64,000 bases of DNA from Eledone cirrhosa (GCA_964016885.1 OZ024741.1:325810001-325874000); one strand, 5' to 3'. Shown: positions 1 through 13,540, counted from the first letter of the stretch. The notes: generated by a model from the sequence alone, not told the origin. Numbers and translations: made by a program.

Positions 1-309
1 AGAAGAGGAAAGCAAAACTTAATTAGAATGTAAAGGTAAAATTAATCAGGTTCGAGGGTTTTACAAAAAAAAAGAGTGAAATCTTCCATGCGGACAGGAA
101 GGGATTATTTTACTCCTAGACTTAAGGAGACTAATATAAATTACTATGCTCAATGTTACCCTTTTTAGAGACCAGAGTTAGAATTTCTTAATGTTTCATT
201 CTTAAAAATGTGTAGATGCGCATAAAATATCTAGTTTTAATTTTATGTAATTAAAGAATTTACGCAAGTAAAGGATTTAATTACAAGTTACAGCTTCACA
301 TTTATATAC

Positions 310-1181
310 TACTAGCAGTGGTACTCGGCGTTGCACGGGATAAGGTATTTTGGAAGGCGGGCCGCCAACGGACTTAATCGTGGAAAAACTGCATGCCTGG
401 ACAATATGTAAAGAAAATAAACCGAATACTCAGATGGCTGGATAATCTTTAAAATTTTCCTCGTTGAAGCAGGAAAAATGCAAGTTTTCACCTAATGCTG
501 GCCCTAGGAGATCAAGAAAATGAATTTTTTTTATGTGCATAATATGCCTTGAAATTTCGGAAAAATCGGTTAGACGTAATGCCTCCAAAAAGCCCTAAAA
601 AGTTGATAAAAAAATGAAGTTTTTCACCTAATGCGGGCCCTAAGCCATAAAAAAGTTGGATTTTCTTTGCTCACGGTATGAAGAAGAGACTGACCAATAC
701 ATAGTTACACTTTCAAGGAAATCAGTCTGACGTAACTGGCCCTACGAGATCAAAAGGTTGAATTAACATTCCCTGAAACATAAGTATACACATGTAAAAT
801 TTTTAAAAAAATCCGTTGGGTACTTCTCGAGTTTTAGGGATTCAAACTCACAGACACACACACACACACAGACAGACATCCTCAGGGAAGTGACATAATG
901 CACACAGCCAGACATACAGACATATATTATAAGGGCGCGACGTTATATGTATGTATCTATCTAAAAAGAGAAAGACTAAGAATTATAGAGAGAGATCGCT
1001 AAATCGCCTAATGTGGTCCCTAGGGTATTGAAAATTTGAAATTCTTTTTGTTCAGAACACTCCCTGAAACATAAGTATTACATGTGTAAAGTTTGAAAAC
1101 AGTCGGTTGGGTGCTTCTCTAGTTTTCGGGATTCAAACTCACACACACACAGACAGACATCCTCAGTTTTATATATATAGA
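310..1181 (+). mobile_element. Non-autonomous Helentron/DINE-1-like (HINE) element with internal tandem subrepeats
   Basis: Starts TACTAGCAGTGGTACTCGGCGTTGCACGGG and ends ACAGACAGACATCCTCAGTTTTATATATATAGA, the typical HINE terminal layout. Internal duplications are at ~480-620/618-770 and ~770-885/1063-1166. Confidence 0.6.
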
Positions 1182-1462
1182 CATTACTTCTAAGACAATC
1201 TTCTCTAAGGGGACATAGGTCGGGGACCTTACAGTTACAATTGGTTACCGGATTTATAATATTAAGAGGTTTACTTGATATATTACTCTAGTACTGTAAA
1301 AGGTTTCTATTGTACGATGACTTACAATAATTATTAACTTCTGTATTGTCTATAATATTGTTAGTACTATTGTTATACTCATTATCTACAACTGTTGGAA
1401 GGTTCTGTGAAGGAGGTTTCTGTTCTCATTTATATAAGTTTATTTAATTATTATTATATTGA

Positions 1463-1640
1463 TTGGTAGTATCGGTAGAGAGTCGGACACCATGCTTTGA
1501 CGCATAGAGTTACAGCCCTTGCCATTCTGAGTTAAAATCCCGCCGAGGTTAACTTTGTTTTTCATCCTTACGGACTCGATAAAATAAAGTACCAGTAATG
1601 CACTGGATAATTGTTGGCCTTGTGCCAAAAGTAGAAACAT
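1463..1640 (+). mobile_element. tRNA-derived SINE (Meta-domain-like family, the commonest SINE in the window)
   Basis: A-box-like TGGTAGTATCGGT, B-box-like GAGTTAAAATCCC, body TTTCATCCTTACGGACTCGATAAAATAAAGTACCAG, tail CCTTGTGCCAAAAGTAGAAAC. Other copies: ~3197-3410, 17259-17642 (x2), 19854-20070, 23380-23448, 29926-30146, 30632-30810, 32330-32880, 39297-39510, 50408-50545, 54684-54862. Confidence 0.8.
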
Positions 1641-2889
1641 AGCCAAATATTAGGTGTCGTAGAGAAAGATAATTTGATATCATTTTTGTTTATTATACTA
1701 TAGTATTTATGTCACTGGGAAACATATTTTTCTAAAATGCTAAAAAATATTGTAGGTATATGGGACGCTATGTGAACTCCGTATGGAGGATTAAATCATA
1801 TATATTCCTTCTATTCTTCTTTCTTACTTGATTTACTAAATGTTTGACTGTAGAGACATTTACTAATGGATTAGTATTGTTATTATTCTTACAAAAATTA
1901 TTATTTCGATTAATATTATTGGTCAAAATTGAGCCTTGAAACCTTAGGTAGCACTTTTGTTCCATGTATGAACATAACTGAATAATATATCAGCTCTGAT
2001 ACCTGATTGAGCATTACTTTTCCTTTTCCCTTTTTCACATCCATCGATATTTTACTACACAAACGCACACACACACGCACGCACGCACACACACACACGC
2101 ACGCACACGCACACACATACACACATATATATACACACATATACACACATACACACACACACACACATACACATATACACACACATACACGCACATACAC
2201 ACACATACACACATATATATGTCCATGCATATATATACACACTATTGGATGATCCTTGAATCTCCTGAGTGAATTTACCCTTCGACAAGTTTGACAGGCC
2301 GGGGTGCCGGTTTTGTTACCGATAACCCGGCCAAACGAAAGGTTGTACTAGTTTATATATCAGTAGTGTCACGAACACGCATACCCAAGCATACACACAT
2401 ACACACTCACACACACACACATATATACAGTATATATGAATACGTCTATACTCACATACATTTAATAACGTATACATAATATATATATATATATGTGTGT
2501 ATGTGTGTATGCGTGCGTGTGTGTGTGTGAGCATGTTTGTGTGTATGAGCATGTGTTTGTGTGTCTGTGTGTGTGTGTTGGGGGTGAGAATGTGAGTGAA
2601 AGAGAAAGCGGTATACTGGTGAGATGTGGGTGGGTGCCGGAAGAGTAAAGCAAGACAAAACGAATCATTTTTATACACACGTTCCCCAACCACCGGAATT
2701 TCAAAATGTCACTAGAAGGCGCCACCTGTTGTTTGTTCTATTTATTTATATGTATATTTCGTACTACATATTCTTTGCTTTTTTATACTTATTCATCACT
2801 AATCTTGATGAGGACTTTGCCATTTCGTTTAACAACGAAGAGTAAACAATCAAAATTACAAAGAGAAGAAAAAAAAAAAAAATGATAAT

Positions 2890-2995
2890 GGATCCTCCGT
2901 CGGTTTCAACGATGAGTATTGTATCCAGATATTTGACAAACTCGTGAATTAACGTATAAGTGATTATGTATTCCACAGACATGTCTACCTTTAAG
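2890..2995 (+). repeat. Fragment of a dispersed SINE/LINE-tail repeat family
   Basis: The motif GGATCCTCCGTCGGTTTCAACGATGAG...CTCGTGAATTAACG...ATTCCACAGACATGT recurs at ~19458-19620, 22435-22550, 23000-23330, 23537 and 23670. Confidence 0.55.
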
Positions 2996-4222
2996 CCTTA
3001 TTTCCAAGTATTTTATTTCGATGCAGTTAAACTACTAACAGTTATTCATCGTAATCCTATGACTTTTTTTTAAATTTAATTTATTTTATATTCAGTTCTA
3101 TCTTTTTGTTTGTTTCTCAACTGTAATAAGTACTAGATATTTTCCTTAGCTCTATACGGACGTTTAAATTGATTAAATACATAATGAAAGAAATGCTTTC
3201 AGATTTAGGCACAAGACCAACAATTTGGGGCAGGGGAAGGTCGATTAAGTCGGTCCGAGTGCCTTATAGGCACTTTATTTTGTCGACCTCGTAAGGTTGA
3301 AAGTCAAAGCTAACTTCGGTAGAATTTGAACTCAAAACGTAAAGGATCGCAACTACTGTATCTGACGCAAGGTAAGTTGTCTAACGCTCTATCGATCCTG
3401 CCAATATACCGTTCTGATATATGACTTAAATGGAATACAATTCGCCCACATTTTACATTGTAACGTAAGGTGTGTCATACGGCATGTCCAGACAGGGAGA
3501 GAGGGAGTGAAAGAAAGTCAGAGAGAGAGAGGAGGGGCTTGATAAAGAGATATATTAGCATCATCGGCTGGTATTTCGTTTATCAACCTCGAAAAGTTGA
3601 AATACCAATGTTGATCTCAGCAGGATTTGAACTCAGAACACAGAGAAGAAACGAAAGACATAAGTACGGCAAAGTATTCTATCAGACGTTGTAACGACTC
3701 TACCACTTCACAGCTTTCCATTGAGATGGACAAATAAGCAAGCAAACAGACTGTTAAACAGATAGATATGTATTTAAAGTTGTTTTGAAATATATTAAAT
3801 TATAATAATAATAAAAAAAAAAAAATTACTTTACACTAATAGCTTTCTAATGTAGAAGAATATATATTAGTCTATTGCGTACAATTAATTAATTGTATAC
3901 AACACGAAAATATATAGACATTTTTTTCTATTGAAAACCTATTAGTCTAAAGTATATTTTTATAGAGAAGAGAAAAAACATTTCATCTAAAAAATTCTCA
4001 TAGAACGTAAATGAATTTTATGGTAATGAAATTGTGGCGATCATATCCGTACACAATGACAAAGTAATTGAGAAATAGCAAAGTAAGTGAAAATATTTAC
4101 AACCGATTATCAAGCAGTAAGGTTGTTACACGTTTGCCAGGCATTTTAATACCTATGCAACAGTCCACTAGGTATACGTATGCATACGCACACACACACA
4201 CACACATATATATATATACACT

Positions 4223-4276
<54 letters not shown>

Positions 4277-4279
<3 letters not shown>

Positions 4280-4617
4280 GTGGAACACTGGAAGGTAATA
4301 TCCGTAGTGGTAGAGCACTCAGTCTATGGGACGAGTTAAGTAGAAGTGGGGTTACACAACAGTTAGTTCACCATACCGAGAACAATTGTTTCACCTTAGT
4401 GGATCCTCAGCTATGAATGGGCATGGTTATAGGAACAAGAAGGACAACCGTACGAACGTGCATGCGCAGAAAGCCTGTGTGAAGTGACCGGGTTTCTGCG
4501 CATGCGCGTTCGTACGGTTGTCCTTCCTGTTCCTATAACCATGCCCATTCCGAGCTGAGGATCCGCTAAGGTGAAACAATTGTTCTCGGTATGGTGAACT
4601 AACTGTTGTGTAACCAC

Positions 4618-4620
<3 letters not shown>
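4277..4620. mobile_element. Fold-back non-coding element (family A) between (TA)n arrays, hammerhead-bearing
   Basis: Arms ~4341-4473 and ~4491-4622 are reverse complements with a few mismatches; (TA)n on both sides. Confidence 0.8.
4550..4589 (+). ncRNA. Minimal type-I hammerhead ribozyme (family A)
   Basis: CCGAG-CTGAGGA-TCCGCTAAGGT-GAAA-CAATTG-TT-CTCGG: stem I CCGAG/CTCGG, palindromic stem III ACAATTGT, GUU site. A mirror copy with a damaged stem I lies on the - strand at ~4376-4415. Confidence 0.75.
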
Positions 4621-4678
<58 letters not shown>

Positions 4679-4681
<3 letters not shown>

Positions 4682-5272
4682 ACTCCAGTGCCACGGAACA
4701 CCCGCCCATCGCCTTACGGTCGAACAACGTACTATCTTCATCTTACAGACCCACACTCCCCCCGGCCTGAACTCCCCACCCTTATTCCTTTAGCGTTCGA
4801 CCGCCCCCCTCCCCCCACACTTATCCCCCACTAACACCACTAACACACCCCTCCTTTTCACCGCCCACCCCACACTAACATTACTAACACCTCCACTCCA
4901 CCCCTCATCTGACCACCCTTCCCCAACTAACATACTAACATCCCTTCCCTCCCCTCTTCTCCTCCTCCCCCTCCTTATCACACGCACACACGCACCCACT
5001 TACACCCCCCCCCCCCCACGCAACTAACATCACTAACACCCTCCAACCCCACGCACACGTACCCACACACCCTCGTACACCACCAACTCTACACACCCTA
5101 CCCCCACTAACCCCCACTCACACCTCCCCACCTCCCGTATATTAACAGCCACTAACACCTCTTCACCAAACTACACACACACCAGTACACCACACTCCCT
5201 CCATAGAACTACACCCACTCTTCTCTCCCCGCTCCACACTCACTCATCCCACTAACACTCCACTAATACACA

Positions 5273-5310
<38 letters not shown>

Positions 5311-6265
5311 CCTCACTCCAACTCTCACACCTACCCATCCTCGCCTCCCTACCATTCCGCCGACTGCTGCTATGCCCTTCCGACCACTGTCTCAGCACCA
5401 ACTGACCACAGCACTTCCACTGCTGACCACTTCCTGTTGCGCGCGCACCCCACATCTCTCCTCTTCCGACCACCGCTTCTTGGATTACCCACACGCGTTT
5501 TGACTTCTCACCAAAATCTCCATACATCCGTGTAACTTACCACTTTTCAACCACCCTCTTACACCACCACCTATATAACTCACCCACCCACACACACCCC
5601 AAAACAAATTTTTTTATCCACACGCCACCCACACCCACAACACGCTTAAACCACACACACGTGCTTCCCACCACATATTTACACCCTCAGCCCCCTGATT
5701 CCTCTCCCTCCACCCCCTATCCACACACGCACAGACCCTCCGACCCACAAAAACACCCTCGACACACACCTTCCTGAACATGCAACCCCGTTCTTCCCCC
5801 AACCCTCACTTTCACATACACACACACACACACACACACGCACACCTAACCACACACACCAACTTCAGCCCTCCCCGCTCGGACACCCCGTCTCCCTCTC
5901 CCCACTCCACCCGCCACCACCTCTACTCACCCAACACCCTTCCACCACCTGTTTACCCCCCTTTTAATTTCAGTTTATTTTGATCATGCCTTTATTTTTA
6001 AATTTTCTCATTCCTTGTATTTTGATCATGCTTTATTTTTATTTATTATTTATTATATTTTTGTCTTTATTTGTTAATTTTTCATTCGCACCGTTTCCTT
6101 TCGCTATATGTCTCTCCACCACTCCCCTACACACCTTTTGAACTCTCACCTGAAGAAGGGCTTATGCCCAAAACGTCGTCCCCCACCTACCCCCCACTCT
6201 CCTGAGCGTGAATTTAATAAACATTTGTCGTACTGCCTCTCTGTTCTGTCCCTGTTCAATTTTTC

Positions 6266-6267
<2 letters not shown>
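4679..6267 (+). mobile_element. 3' fragment of Neptune-type Penelope-like element (end of GIY-YIG + long C/A-rich 3' UTR/pLTR)
   Basis: 4679-4793 encodes ...LLQCHGTPAHRLTVEQRTIFILQTHTPPGLNSPPLFL*. About 1.4 kb of C/A-rich tail is shared with 7830-9300. Hammerhead core at 6150; (TA)n at both ends. Confidence 0.75.
6150..6180 (+). ncRNA. Degenerate Penelope-type hammerhead ribozyme
   Basis: CTGAAGA-A-GGGC-TTAT-GCCC-AAAA-CGTC: the classic PLE minimal HHR layout, but GAAA is mutated to AAAA and stem I is not evident. Confidence 0.6.
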
Positions 6268-6311
<44 letters not shown>

Positions 6312-6318
6312 CATAAAC

Positions 6319-6382
<64 letters not shown>

Positions 6383-6454
6383 ATACATATATACATATAC
6401 ATATATATATATATACATATATACATATACATAACCATATATATATACGTATAC

Positions 6455-6502
<48 letters not shown>

Positions 6503-6516
6503 CCATATACATATAC

Positions 6517-6600
<84 letters not shown>

Positions 6601-6655
6601 CCATATCCATATACATATATATATATACATATACATATATATATGCTGTATATGG

Positions 6656-6713
<58 letters not shown>

Positions 6714-7118
6714 ATATATATACGCATATCCATATACATATATATATATACATATATATATATATATGTATGCTGTTCGCTTTCGCTACAGTGTTTTCTA
6801 TACCTTTCATTTATATATATATATATATATATATATAAATTATCGAGAATCGCATTTCGGCCCACGAAATAACGAAAAACAACCTCCGAGATGTGTGGCA
6901 AGTGCTCAATGATTCAGATGAACCAGAGCTATAACAAACGTTAAAGGCCGAACACACTGAGACGATGGTTAAACAATCATCCTCATAGCCAAAAAACAAC
7001 AACAAAAAAACGATCAAGTAATTCGGGTCAAACAAATAAAAGATATCTGTGATTGAAAATTTACCCGGACCCCTGGAAGGTTGGTAAAATCCAGCATTTG
7101 GGTTTCTGCGGCTCCTAA

Positions 7119-7188
<70 letters not shown>

Positions 7189-7209
7189 AACATATACATA
7201 TATACATAT

Positions 7210-7291
<82 letters not shown>

Positions 7292-7309
7292 ATATATATA
7301 TATATAATT

Positions 7310-7497
7310 GCACGTGGAGGCACGTGGCCAAGTGATATGGCTTTTGGACTGACGATCATAATTTCGTGGGTTCGATTCCTGGGTTCCGTGTTGTGCTCTT
7401 CTTCATTTCACGTTGCTCCAATATACTCAGCTGAACATGTGTACCAGCAATAGCTGGGGGGTTTAACCCTGGCCAAATGAGCCTTCTAGCTTAAGAC

Positions 7498-7505
<8 letters not shown>
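7310..7505 (+). mobile_element. tRNA-derived CORE-like SINE
   Basis: A box TGGCCAAGTGA, B box GGTTCGATTCC, body TTTCACGTTGCTCCAATATACTCAGCTG. Related copies: 16545-16820(-), 16870-17125(-), 29030-29312(+), 53730-53925(+), 58920-59150(+). Confidence 0.65.
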
Positions 7506-7550
<45 letters not shown>

Positions 7551-7555
<5 letters not shown>

Positions 7556-9302
7556 ACGGACTCCGTGCAGCGCGACTTATGTCGGACAAACGGGACGTCG
7601 CCTGGCGGACCGATTCACTGAGCACCTCCGGGATATTCGTCTCGGGCGTAGTTCCCCCATCGCCCGCCACTTTGGTGGCCCTGGACATTCCGCACGCCAT
7701 CTCACAGTCTGTGGCCTACTCCAGTGCCACGGAACACCCGCCAATCGCCTTAGGGTCGAACAACGAACTATCTTCATCTTACAGACCCACACTCCCCCCG
7801 GCCTGAACTCCCCACCCTTATTCCTTTAGCCTTCGACCGCCCCCCTCCCCCCACACTTATCCCCCACTAACACCACTGACCCCCCCTTTTCACCGCCCAC
7901 CCCACAACTAACAATACTAACACCTCCACTCCACCACTCATCTGACCACCCTTCCCCAACTAACATACTAACATCCCTCCCCTCTTCTCCTCCTCCCCCT
8001 CCTTATCACACGCACACACCCACCGGCACATATATACACGCGCTCACACTAAACACACACCCTACTACCACCACTAACCCTCACCTCCACACCTCTCACC
8101 CCCACACCTCCATCCCACCACCCCGCAACTAACCTCACTAACACCCCCTAACCCCAAGCACACGAACACACGCACCCACTTACACCACCCACCCCACACG
8201 CAACTAACATCACTAACACCCCCAACCCCACGCACACGTACCCACACACCCTCGTACACCACCAACTCTACACACCCTACCACCACTAACCCCCACTCAC
8301 ACCTGCATTCAACCCCTCCCCACCTCCCGTATACTAACACCCACTAACACCCCTTCATCAAACTACACACACACCAGTTCACCACACTCCCTCCATAGAA
8401 CCACACATACCCTTCTCTCCCCGCTCCACCCACACCCTCGCTCCACACTCACTCATCCCACTAACACCTCTACTAATACACACACACACACACCCTCCTC
8501 ACTCCAACTTTCACACCTACCCATCCTCGCCCCTTTACCATTCCACTAACTGCTGCTATGCCCTCTGACCACCTCCCAGCACAAACAGACACACAGCACT
8601 CCCACTGCTTGATCACTTCCTGTTGCGCGCGCACCCCACATCTTTCCTCTTCCGACCATCGCTTCATGGAATACTCGCACGTAGAAATTGACCACCACAG
8701 AATCCACTAAACACCTTTGGATTTTACCAACTTTTCAACCATCCTCTTACGTAATCACCTATATAACTCACCCAGACACACAACTCAAAAAAATTTTTTT
8801 TCTCCACACGCCACCTACACCCACAACACGCTTAAACCCCACACACACGTGCTTTCCACCACATATTTACACCCTCAGCCTCCTGATTCCTCTCCCCCCT
8901 CTATCCACACACGCACAGACACTCCGCCCCCCACACCTCCACACACACACCTTTTCCTGAACATGCAACCCCGTTCTTCCCCCAACCCTTACTTTCACAT
9001 ACACACACACACACACACACACACGTACACCTACACACACACACCACCTTCAGCCCTCCCCGCTCGGACATCCCGTCTCCCTCTCCCCACTCCACCCGCC
9101 ACCACCCCTACACACCCACACCCTTCCACCACCTGTTTTACCCCCCTTTTAATTTCAGTTTATTTTGATCATGCTTTTATATTTAAATTTATTTAATTCC
9201 TTGTATTTTGATCATGCTTTATTTTTATTTTTATTTTTTTTATTCGCACCGTTTCCTTTCGCTTTATATCTCTCCACCAATCCCCTACACACCCTTTGAA
9301 CT
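7551..9302 (+). mobile_element. Second 3' fragment of Neptune-type PLE, truncated just before its hammerhead
   Basis: Colinear with 4679-6143; similarity stops at CCCCTACACACCCTTTGAACT (~9302). Confidence 0.75.
7566..7829 (+). pseudogene. GIY-YIG endonuclease C-terminal fragment of Neptune-type Penelope-like element
   Basis: Manual translation (frame absent from the ORF track): CSATYVGQTGRRLADRFTEHLRDIRLGRSSPIARHFGGPGHSARHLTVCGLLQCHGTPANRLRVEQRTIFILQTHTPPGLNSPPLFL*. It has the YxG..R...R..EH, H, E and GLN motifs of PLE GIY-YIG. Confidence 0.85.
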
Positions 9303-9324
9303 TTGTTCCCACACACTTCTCGCC

Positions 9325-9780
9325 TGAACAAACAACCAACCAATAACATGTAAATAAATAAATAAATAAATAAACAAATAGATAAATGAACATAAACACA
9401 CACAGACACCCGGATGTGGCGCATGCGCAAACTGAGCACACAACACACACACAGAAACAAAATGGCGTAGGCCAAAACAAAGGAGAGGCACAGGAACAAA
9501 GAAAGGAATCCCCAGTCACTGAAGAGGTCACAGAGTGTGTGACGAAAGGACTGTGACTATATATAAACAACTATTTGGTTGTGGAACCAACCAACCAACC
9601 AACCAGAAATTTATAGATTTATAAATTTGTAAATTTATAAATATATAATAAATTGAAGTGAAAGCAACTGGTGCGTGTGTTTGTTATTGGCAACATGACC
9701 CTCCCAAAGTATAACAATATCGGTTTCAACACACGATTTCAGATAAAGAATCTTGCTAAACAAATTCAGAAACGAAATAT
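9325..9780 (+). mobile_element. Solo pLTR / 3' end of the Naiad-like PLE
   Basis: Matches ~46097-46577, including the terminal ...AAATTCAGAAACGAAAT followed by (AT)n. Confidence 0.85.
9514..9558 (+). ncRNA. Hammerhead ribozyme of PLE pLTR (cleavage triplet CUG, probably inactive)
   Basis: AGTCA-CTGAAGA-GGTCAC-AGAGTGT-GTGAC-GAAA-GGAC-TG-TGACT. Confidence 0.7.
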
Positions 9781-9800
9781 ATATATATATATATATATAC

Positions 9801-9889
<89 letters not shown>

Positions 9890-10177
9890 CAAATAACGAA
9901 ACAAAATTAAATTTTGTTTCGTTTGTAACTCACTTTTGTATGACTGACGCTTAAACAATTAAGTTAAAAATGTACATCCCCATATGTATACTGAAATACT
10001 AGTATGCATATGAATACACACACGTGTACATATGTAGATGTACCGAGTTTTTCACTGGACACTTTACTGTGAGTGTCCAGCTATTCTGTATGTAAACACA
10101 CAGACAAACCGGTTTTTAGAGTCATACTGGTTTTCGAGGAAACACCTTTCCTCTATTCTCCAAAAAGCCAGACAAGG

Positions 10178-10222
10178 AATATTGGACTAGTTTCGATGTT
10201 GTTACATCTCATCAGCAATATT
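10178..10222 (-). ncRNA. Canonical minimal type-I hammerhead ribozyme (family B)
   Basis: Exact reverse complement of 10684-10728. Confidence 0.9.
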
Positions 10223-10683
10223 TACCTATCTTCCGGCCTTTCTAGAGAATCGTAAAAGCACATATCGTTATATGCTTTTTCTATGAAAATTAGTAGTGGG
10301 CAGACTAATTTGCATAGAGCGTGAGTACGTACCGGTTCAGCGGAGACGATAAAAACAAATAACGAAACAAAATTAAATTTTGTTTCGTTTGTAACTCACT
10401 TTTGTATGACTGACGCTTAAACAATTAAGTTAAAAATGTACATCCACATATGTATACTGAAATACTAGTATGCATATGAATACACACACGTGTACATATG
10501 TAGATGTACCGAGTTTTTCACTGGACACTTTATTGTGAGTGTCCAGCTATTCTGTATGTAAACACACAGACAAACCGGTTTTTAGAGTCATACTGGTTTT
10601 CGAGGAAACACCTTTCCTCTATTCTCCAGAAAGCCAGACAAGGAATGCTTTTACGATTCTCTAGAAAGGCCGGAAGATAGGTA

Positions 10684-10728
10684 AATATTGCTGATGAGAT
10701 GTAACAACATCGAAACTAGTCCAATATT
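10684..10728 (+). ncRNA. Canonical minimal type-I hammerhead ribozyme (family B)
   Basis: AATATTG-CTGATGA-GATGT-AACA-ACATC-GAAA-CTAG-TC-CAATATT: 7-bp stem I, 5-bp stem II, palindromic ACTAGT stem III, GUC site. Confidence 0.92.
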
Positions 10729-11014
10729 CCTTGTCTGGCTTTCTGGAGAATAGAGGAAAGGTGTTTCCTCGAAAACCAGTATGACTCTAAAAACCGGTTT
10801 GTCTGTGTGTTTACATACAGAATAGCTGGACACTCACAGTAAAGTGTCCAGTGAAAAACTCGGTACATCTACATATGTACACGTGTGTGTATTCATATGC
10901 ATACTAGTATTTCAGTATACATATGTGGATGTACATTTTTAACTTAATTGTTTATATATATATATATATATATATATAAATATATATATATACATATAAA
11001 TATATATATATGCA

Positions 11015-11088
<74 letters not shown>

Positions 11089-11129
11089 TATACATATATA
11101 TATATACATATATATACATATATATATAT

Positions 11130-11182
<53 letters not shown>

Positions 11183-11221
11183 CATATATATATAAATATA
11201 TATATAAATATATATATCTAC

Positions 11222-11319
<98 letters not shown>

Positions 11320-11332
11320 GTATATATATACA

Positions 11333-11387
<55 letters not shown>

Positions 11388-11388
<1 letters not shown>

Positions 11389-12169
11389 CGATATTAAACA
11401 AATGGAAACTATATTTATAAAACCATATTTATTTCGTTATATATATTTCTGGGATATCATATTAAAAATATGGTATGCCTTCCTCAGACAAAATACAATA
11501 CATAAGCTGTTTTATAAATAATTTTGACATACCTTATAATAATGCAACTTCCATTTAAAAAGTTGATTTGGTAGTGAAACTGTTATGACAGTTATATAGA
11601 AAGAAAAACGAAGAAAAACGAAGATGAAAAGAAGAAGATGAAGAGATGTATGTAAATAAAAAAGAAGAAGATGAAGAGATGTATGTAAAGAAAAACAACA
11701 GAGCGAGATAGAGAGAGAAGGAGATATGGGAGAGAGAAATACATTGAGGAAGTGAAAAAATATAGTAGGCAGCTTTTGGACAGATGATCATCGTATATGT
11801 GAGAGGTTAAGGAGGGAAGGGATACAGTTAAAATATCTTCTTTTCATCTTCGTTTTTCTTCGTTTTTCTTTCTATATAACTGTCATAACAGTTTCACTAC
11901 CAAATCAACTTTTTAAATGGAAGTTGCATTATTATAAGGTATGTCAAAATTATTTATAAAACAGCTTATGTATTGTATTTTGTCTGAGGAAGGCATACCA
12001 TATTTTTAATATCATATCCCAGAAATATATATAACGAAATAAATATGGTTTTATAAATATAGTTTCCATTTGTTTAATATCGTAAACCTACTCCAAAAAC
12101 TGTTGAGTGCTTTTATATCAGTTATAAAATATTTACTCGTTGTAACCCAACAATTTTAAATAAAACTTT

Positions 12170-12171
<2 letters not shown>
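11388..12171. mobile_element. Fold-back element (family C), copy 1
   Basis: ~11834-12083 is the reverse complement of ~11388-11637; (TA)n on both sides. Confidence 0.8.
11976..12041 (+). ncRNA. Hammerhead-like ribozyme (family C)
   Basis: TATTTTGT-CTGAGGA-AGGCATACCATATT-TTT-AATATCATATCCCA-GAAA-TATATA-TA-ACGAAATA; stem I is 8 bp with one G-U. Mirror copy on the - strand at ~11430-11496. Confidence 0.65.
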
Positions 12172-12227
<56 letters not shown>

Positions 12228-12244
12228 TATAGATATAGATATAG

Positions 12245-12972
<728 letters not shown>

Positions 12973-12990
12973 TATATACATATATATATA

Positions 12991-13192
12991 GGAACCAGTA
13001 AGACCCCGACAGCTGAGCTCAAGCCGTTTCGACGGCTAATTCTGGACTCATTAGTCCAGAATTAGCCGTCGAAACGGCTTGAGCTCAGCTGTCGGGGTCT
13101 TACTGGTTCCTATTACCCACTCTACTACCTCAAGTATTGAGTACTTTGGTGCGTTATGGTCCACCTGGTTCCTTACCACATTTCCTTCGTTA
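12991..13192. mobile_element. Fold-back element (family D)
   Basis: ~60-bp arms around 13050, then an 80-bp extension ending CATTTCCTTCGTTA|(TA)n. Other copies: 22602-22795 (diverged), 49393-49886, 59222-59428. Confidence 0.8.
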
Positions 13193-13209
13193 CATATATA
13201 TATATATAC

Positions 13210-13345
<136 letters not shown>

Positions 13346-13361
13346 ATATATATATATATAC

Positions 13362-13438
<77 letters not shown>

Positions 13439-13453
13439 TATACATATATATAC

Positions 13454-13494
<41 letters not shown>

Positions 13495-13540
13495 AATATA
13501 TATATATATATTTATATATACATATATATATATATATATT

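Larger units (their letters stand above)
9884..10952. mobile_element. Tandem + inverted non-coding element (family B) between (TA)n arrays
   Basis: Unit 9884-10350 is partly repeated at 10351-10647; 10648-10952 is the reverse complement of ~9953-10260. Confidence 0.85.

Noticed and set aside
1463-1545. tRNA genes at A/B-box motifs
   Set aside because: They are SINE heads without a full cloverleaf.
2709-2724. CTCF-like motif CACTAGAAGGCGC
   Set aside because: Single imperfect match, expected by chance in 64 kb.
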